Shown here piece by piece: positions 62,601 through 64,000 of a DNA stretch of 64,000 nucleotides; the first letter of the stretch is position 1; each line of letters begins with the position of its first letter. This stretch comes from Candidatus Micrarchaeota archaeon (GTDB lineage: Archaea; Micrarchaeota; Micrarchaeia; Norongarragalinales; SBBD01). The stretch covers positions 913-64,912 of the forward strand of contig JAHJQN010000002.1 in assembly GCA_018819225.1 (NCBI GenBank), read 5' to 3'. Made by a program: the position numbers and the translations under genes. The notes below the pieces were generated by a model, which saw only the letters and a list, made by a program, of their open reading frames with translations, was not told the origin of the DNA and ran no database searches.

Positions 62601-64000
62601 CTGTTAATGCTACTCGACCGTATTACAATTACACGTATGAAGCATTCAATTACTCGTTCTATCTTGCAAGCAGTCCTTCGCTCAACACGCCGACCATTGA
62701 TACGTCTTCCGGAGGTTGGGGAAGAAACTGGACATTTACCGTTCGAGCAACGGACCTAGACGACAATAATCTTACCGTGCAGGTTTGGAGAAACTTCTCG
62801 GGAACGCATCAATTGCTGGGAACGCAATGGTGCACTTCCTGTTCGAATACCCTCCTTACTTTCTACTACTGGGACTTCACGTGCGGTGATATCGGAGGAG
62901 GAGAATACTTCTTCAATGCAACGGACGAGTTCAACCTCACCGCGAATACGACTCCGGCTGCATTTACTGTAGATAAGAATTCCATCGTGATGGAGCTCGT
63001 TGAAGGAAACGGCGGAAATATCGGTCGGCCGGAAGTCAACGCGACTCCCTTGGTCGTCCGGGCATTCGACAGCGTCTTGAACGATTATGTGGGAGCAGGA
63101 GTCAATGGTTCGTTCAACATCACGGTGAACGGAAGCGATTGGGGCGACTCCATTTACAACACCACGAATTCTTCCGGGCACTTGGTATTGAATTGGGATC
63201 CGGTATGCGGTACCGTCGCAGGTCAACAGAAGTGGCGAGGCGGGGTATTCAACGATTCATGTTACTCGAATTCATGGACGGCTAACTTCAGCAAGAACGT
63301 AACGGGCGGCTTGAATCTAACGGTGGAAATCCCCGAATACGATACGAACTTCAATACCTCGCAACCCGTAGAGACGTTCTTCAACATCACGTCCGAGTGC
63401 GTGGTGGACGGGCCCATTGGCAGCGGGTCCACGAGCGTGGAATTCATACCGATTTCGGGCTCCGTGAATTCCTGCGGTACCATTAACGACTTCGGCAATG
63501 GAACCTATAATTGCACGTGGCCAGGCGGAACCGAGCTTGGAAAATGGGATATCCGAATCAACGCAAGCGTCAATAACCTGTACTTCTTCAACAGCACGAC
63601 GTTTGATGATTGGATCAATCTCAGCAACGCCGTTTCTTCCTATACCAACCTATCCGTTACCCCGAAAGATGATGGCTGGAGTCACGTGTACACGTTCTCC
63701 GTGAATGTCAGCGATCCCGATAACAACAACATAAACTGTACGTTGTGGACCAGCACGAATGGCGGAGCGGATTGGGTCATGCGCGGAAACGGAACGGTTT
63801 CCGAAGGGCAAGGTGTTTGTGCCGTAAACTATTCCGGATTTTCTTGCGGGGACATCGGCACCGACAATTCATTCCAATTTACGGTAACGGACTGGAACAC
63901 GACCGAGATTTACAATACGATTAACACGACGAATGCGAGCGGTCCGAACCTGACGCAAAGTTTAGTTGGAATTAACTACACCGTCGGAAATGAAACCTCG
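50630..64000 (+). CDS. Giant surface glycoprotein/adhesin (>=4457 aa, continues beyond the right edge)
   Basis: GTG 50630 after GGAGG; N-terminal hydrophobic segment and P/T-rich stalk. Every segment I translated is in frame +2 through to 64000, and the track lists no frame +2 ORF here, as expected when the frame has no stop. Confidence 0.88.
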   Translation, partial: MKHAEPLRRRSQTTLLFSLVWLTFFVGFLFQAIGIVSETAVSNPIALQEELQAPTPAPTPVPSLLPSQTPSSAPSPETTTTPVPTPFPPDEENLSLTPTPSTDASPAPTPDSTPLPSSSAYPSLNVTAAPTPDSTATPSLEANATPTINVTVAPTPMINVTAIPTINATPTIPINATPSPTANETPTPTIKPPANETNQTNETNDTLTLLTLQISEPVYADRDFIVDAVLTTELGAPVMNAIISLEVIREFQAVEYGSDVRNEPLSATTNEAGIASFTLNLNAGTHTLKALFEGNEAFQLLPSEARKKLRVIALEPGQAATQLILTLNTTTPIPNEAILAEGFLSFVNGSGIPNESVQFSVDDEWLGNAGTNENGSVFMQYAVPEGMNGTHFLEALFNGTANLTSSFDSVAFTITIPSSNETNQTNQTNQTNQTNGTDLNGTHQTFLKLDVPALHLRNDPLHVRVRASVPNTSFVLWLEVPETFFAVNRTATSCENSCAWDVELDASQSWPGEKEITVHLESPEQNLSESASLALLGRSELHLSLNASSVRANETVQARVYLQLDSEDVLEAYPVEFFVDNESAGKNETNETGEALFDYAPPSSKKRVRALQAVFAGTDYILPASSIALFENADAPSLLTADIRGLRSHYTAGEEIAFEVLALNQYAEKVDSAGIAVLLEYPDGNQTSLRIKEKEGVRYVSFPRGELTLPGIYKVKVVASYVKGEPTLQAATEISETIITPSPTSGFKAIERMREIESLQQNVRATDLIPTPLAFDEPEAGVSIYPNVAGFDSLSIGESVEGAAEKEFALGLVNINTNQTVYAPSSLVNVFVGVVANDGARVDGANVSVNITSPSGLNQSFSTTDYTITDNWNGIYDLSYFATEVGAYTITAHAERFDVNQVANSTFEIRASFPMDIDREFSTVIWPQPQLAIFNLHARETLLNASFTEFVPHGFEVYSSPEAIIQNNSENVSITWPLGDVAAGTDLQLFYRYTPPPESPRLYPLGAARLDYDLGGFEETRPFSLSVDDWGFIHDFTFYYDSSFGGSNPTPWHPMALCANTSYNVSVGITNLHSGADTDEDIIIQSATGAVFSALPSNGWNLGAGDTGTHKLRLCDSDGGTGGCADPVYARNRTDYNVSANKTGTFTLRSYMIQRNGVVQFFSNRQQVQVFQCTGVAQANRPLRALGTDGHPNQLIRGTVNTIAMPLFNYETSAQNAVNVTLEVKDVTLSTMDWWTEENLTQTRDFSGSTLGVNPSFNESVVRWRVHVPADADDVTFTANVNVSYSGGSRVYSTQFTLQPLPIVLYTGLANYTTDTTSNVNDRTNQTIGFCNFYDRPVNATLREECPGAYFCRTSNPVVSDPMPDVNLEGFLEWQNRSLDPSQCFGTAIEYYHADENPGVHTFVQTVIWDDGLLGIDEFLSVSQYNADQTAPYAIISNDNVSENANTSVAQNATFSPVLRIVNRGGAQGNNMLRMHYNELWVPQGFSRPQAFVGIPSGSGGSSPLLPGFPIGSEEEGWWSKFVSFSEENELAEATGELYVNFKTNASFTVDYPPGGKLFQFWSNGGVDSPLPRQYRMMQQKYVVEVKGPEIKTVRRIYNESTGQWTKNIPDTLTCGTYNFSIEVINRGNWNVTGAIVNETFPSQVSAGNFTPSNDSGGDYFAYWNEGSGLNLYANGTLGSRFYNYTFTLPLGTANDTVFRVNVTNGSNYVDHYGQFYSIDLVCTDIPQFRSVNVTNQTMGWGFTKNFSVEVFSQFHNLTVNLSVSQNPASGFQTINWTFVNDSGNWGWANFTQSFNSTDVGTWYFKFQAWDEDDNSNSSIVDVVETFYVVQKDTVTAQHIFGNLSTSNRSGSQVAPLIVRLTDTNGSVLDGQEINVSVTTDGISFGSATANITNGSGDVHLDFDATCVPLYSVGTQRWKVEISGSAAYNDFTSELYYLYVRGNLLNNQSDPTGASNFTEGDDVTILGSVTDDCTTYQPGATVQFNLTGDWKYYQCTPTNDLGGGFYRCIWETNGLYGGWYNVTQNSSLANHYQNFSVANNYSNPGGSLFYLYGKVKLSGPNATPTGEGWGRAVNYSVNYTAPHPDVASTARLELECPGCSPEVLPFEVSPQYDCVGCDNVSASWNYNYSCTTIGTWYYTFRGNTSEGTSSATSQFNHLVTKDTETIDYYAGNNTIANRSGSQVRAISVIVNDTDRNLAPDPAATVWFNVSTNSSANVSLGSNSTNTTGVAFYDFNPSCDYGVGYRNWSAFINSTEACYAVNGTSILNVSVYGDFAFNVTDPNGDEYVAGNITNISVEVQDECGLLLTDIATNRIWFSIAGPFNTTVCDSTNITSMGNGTYICTWNTTNYWAGYYDVTINATKDFYNYYEHLDNNTVRLLSPNNTAPLVLNESVSPDPGGWSDSFNFSVRVQDAESNNVFVALYDANTTVGPFRHFENQTCTSCNDQQVNFTIDKTIHNYTCADMGTKYYKFNATDDEGITNESVVSNWTIEEDNTTALHYAGNESYVNRSGTNSTLLYIQVNDTDNQSFVPAEVNSTVWITTDGSNYDLGGVNVTNASGVTNRSFDPSCSYAVGEQRWKGGARDETCYEDTNSTDYLSVYVVGDFVLNISEPVNQNTSNITAGNNITLKAEVQDECGLLVDAASVNFSVEHRGTIYDCPLTEENGTGIYNCTLQTDNFIAGSYQVHVDVNKTFYNNASTTKDYAFHIENGTNLTVQNVTPRSSYWGDTYNFTVNVTDPDDNTTVYLWQKRPGGTWTFISQQDCFNCTNSQLLFQDSSHSACSFFGNWTWKFNATDSFGNLSSLSDDWFNLTKRNLITASREGDLDAWKRNTNSSQMTIAFIDAVDPDLDIGSGVVGTLYVTTNNYTYVGNGSNTSVNGNVSRIWQPACGFDVGQHVFSIGVAETSCYFATNSSNYSAELWAPPLNNNATQPHNGACYLVGDSITMNGTIHDECEAVVGASPVNFYAQRSSYFAAGATTDLGAGNYSADWDSSGRSYGVYNISLNSSKSYYDKGENKSMDALRLASVPQLWNHTVDISSDGWGVQRQVNVTARNGDGENFDIFFWARAADEAWELMDSQTCSNCLFEEVKTFYFMSSCSNLTANATWEYKFNTSGSSSCGSFSNETSVQNFTLEKDNVSVSLLSIDTNVSRIDSNRIQLSARVNDTDNGTLVGASVNSTFWVTYNFTAYDPGWTNLTNASGETMYFFNPWCAYNASIHYWKVGVLNDSCYSNKNSTEGSFDVIGRMNVTIEIPPIEDTFNVTDDIPISWNVQSDCSEEGYLPDLEPTTGFTNVTLIFNTTGNPSSNACSPVNNSYNGTYNCSWNTSEEPQGNWTIRIFGNRTYYDENQTDFTNWINLSNRQTNATDPIVNVSMDGWGAVFQFNTTVSDPEADDVTCKLFVNSGSGWKEFGSDVVYGGSGNCSVVVNNFACGDINNESSFLFQIDDNASAKQFNTTTNTSLNLTEDELIVYYISGNFTDVNRTGTNTSLYRMRVYDNDNLAFAPAGVNTSVWVTLNNGIAWDSGNYSTTDSSGYIDYNFNPTCSYTVGQQNWVGGVSNDNCYLDTNITETMNLTINGTINSYLVGPNGTEVLRGDNVTIRVNATDDCSVAMENASSMFYAVHRNSSTGYACGDPQNEATGFYNCTLNTTSFALTHGGGFYSAINLSQPYYINATLNISYNATNSSFWHELIPLLSDEAVTPSTGGWGETFYFTVNGTDYDNDTITIYAYFKQLTPVAGSWTLLGSQAVTGFNQTANFTKTFSTDPANIGNWSVRFNVTEDDVWNFTAPDVNFTVEKDDTNVTYVSGNLSNVSRIGTNFTTLRSRAFDEDKVTQNIGSHEGRFWMTKDGTNWDAGTQIYTNAFGNFTVTNAQFEPDCTYEVGPQQWKMGLLEADLYKASNMTANATIDLRSEFDPEMIGPRNATYIKGSDDVPLYANLSDLGGCGLVNDSTVYFQVDSAYACGQATDLANNGTYNCTIPAAIMGSWAYGWYNVTVNATRPYYNYTYEAFNYSFYLASSPSLNTPTIDTSSGGWGRNWTFTVRATDLDDNNLTVQVWRNFSGTHQLLGTQWCTSCSNTLLTFYYWDFTCGDIGGGEYFFNATDEFNLTANTTPAAFTVDKNSIVMELVEGNGGNIGRPEVNATPLVVRAFDSVLNDYVGAGVNGSFNITVNGSDWGDSIYNTTNSSGHLVLNWDPVCGTVAGQQKWRGGVFNDSCYSNSWTANFSKNVTGGLNLTVEIPEYDTNFNTSQPVETFFNITSECVVDGPIGSGSTSVEFIPISGSVNSCGTINDFGNGTYNCTWPGGTELGKWDIRINASVNNLYFFNSTTFDDWINLSNAVSSYTNLSVTPKDDGWSHVYTFSVNVSDPDNNNINCTLWTSTNGGADWVMRGNGTVSEGQGVCAVNYSGFSCGDIGTDNSFQFTVTDWNTTEIYNTINTTNASGPNLTQSLVGINYTVGNETS
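55847..64000 (+). repeat. Tandem ~325-aa protein repeat, at least 8 full units plus a partial ninth
   Basis: Trp of the recurring G-W-G-like motif at 55850, 56834, 57827, 58802, 59750, 60752, 61739, 62717 and 63677. Confidence 0.85.

Noticed and set aside
50706-63704. Dozens of short ORFs on both strands in the track
   Set aside because: They are shadows of the giant frame +2 gene and lack recognisable motifs.
40124-64000. Diversity-generating retroelement suggested by AAC-rich surface genes
   Set aside because: No reverse transcriptase and no near-identical repeat pair differing at adenines was seen; the AAC excess reflects Asn sequons.

Overview
Archaeal genomic DNA, most consistent with a DPANN archaeon (Micrarchaeota-like; inferred from RFC-L, NMD3, XPD, DUF2070, class III signal peptides and T-rich TATA promoters). 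The window has four zones. (1) 1-2790: the right part of a probable cargo-carrying transposon, with a SWIM-zinc-finger/IS5(IS903-like) DDE transposase, a structured right end, a small divergent gene with paired operators, and a fused nuclease-N6-methyltransferase that runs off the left edge. (2) 2.8-24.4 kb: housekeeping genes mixed with pilin-like, secreted and highly basic orphan genes, including a kinase-dCMP deaminase fusion and a deoxyhypusine synthase homologue with Arg at the catalytic Lys position. (3) 20.6-39.1 kb (overlapping zone 2): a carbon-metabolism block with PEPCK, an aconitase-IDH-ATP citrate lyase operon, an AbrB/PIN toxin-antitoxin pair, a lipA-pdhABC-lpd operon and mutY. 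(4) 40-64 kb: a cell-surface island with a ~2060-aa sequon-rich membrane-anchored protein next to a MinD ATPase, several membrane proteins, and a giant ORF missing from the supplied track (50630 to beyond 64000, >=4457 aa). That giant protein contains at least eight tandem ~325-aa Cys-containing repeats. No rRNA, tRNA or CRISPR array was seen. All calls come from reading motifs by eye; no database searches were run.
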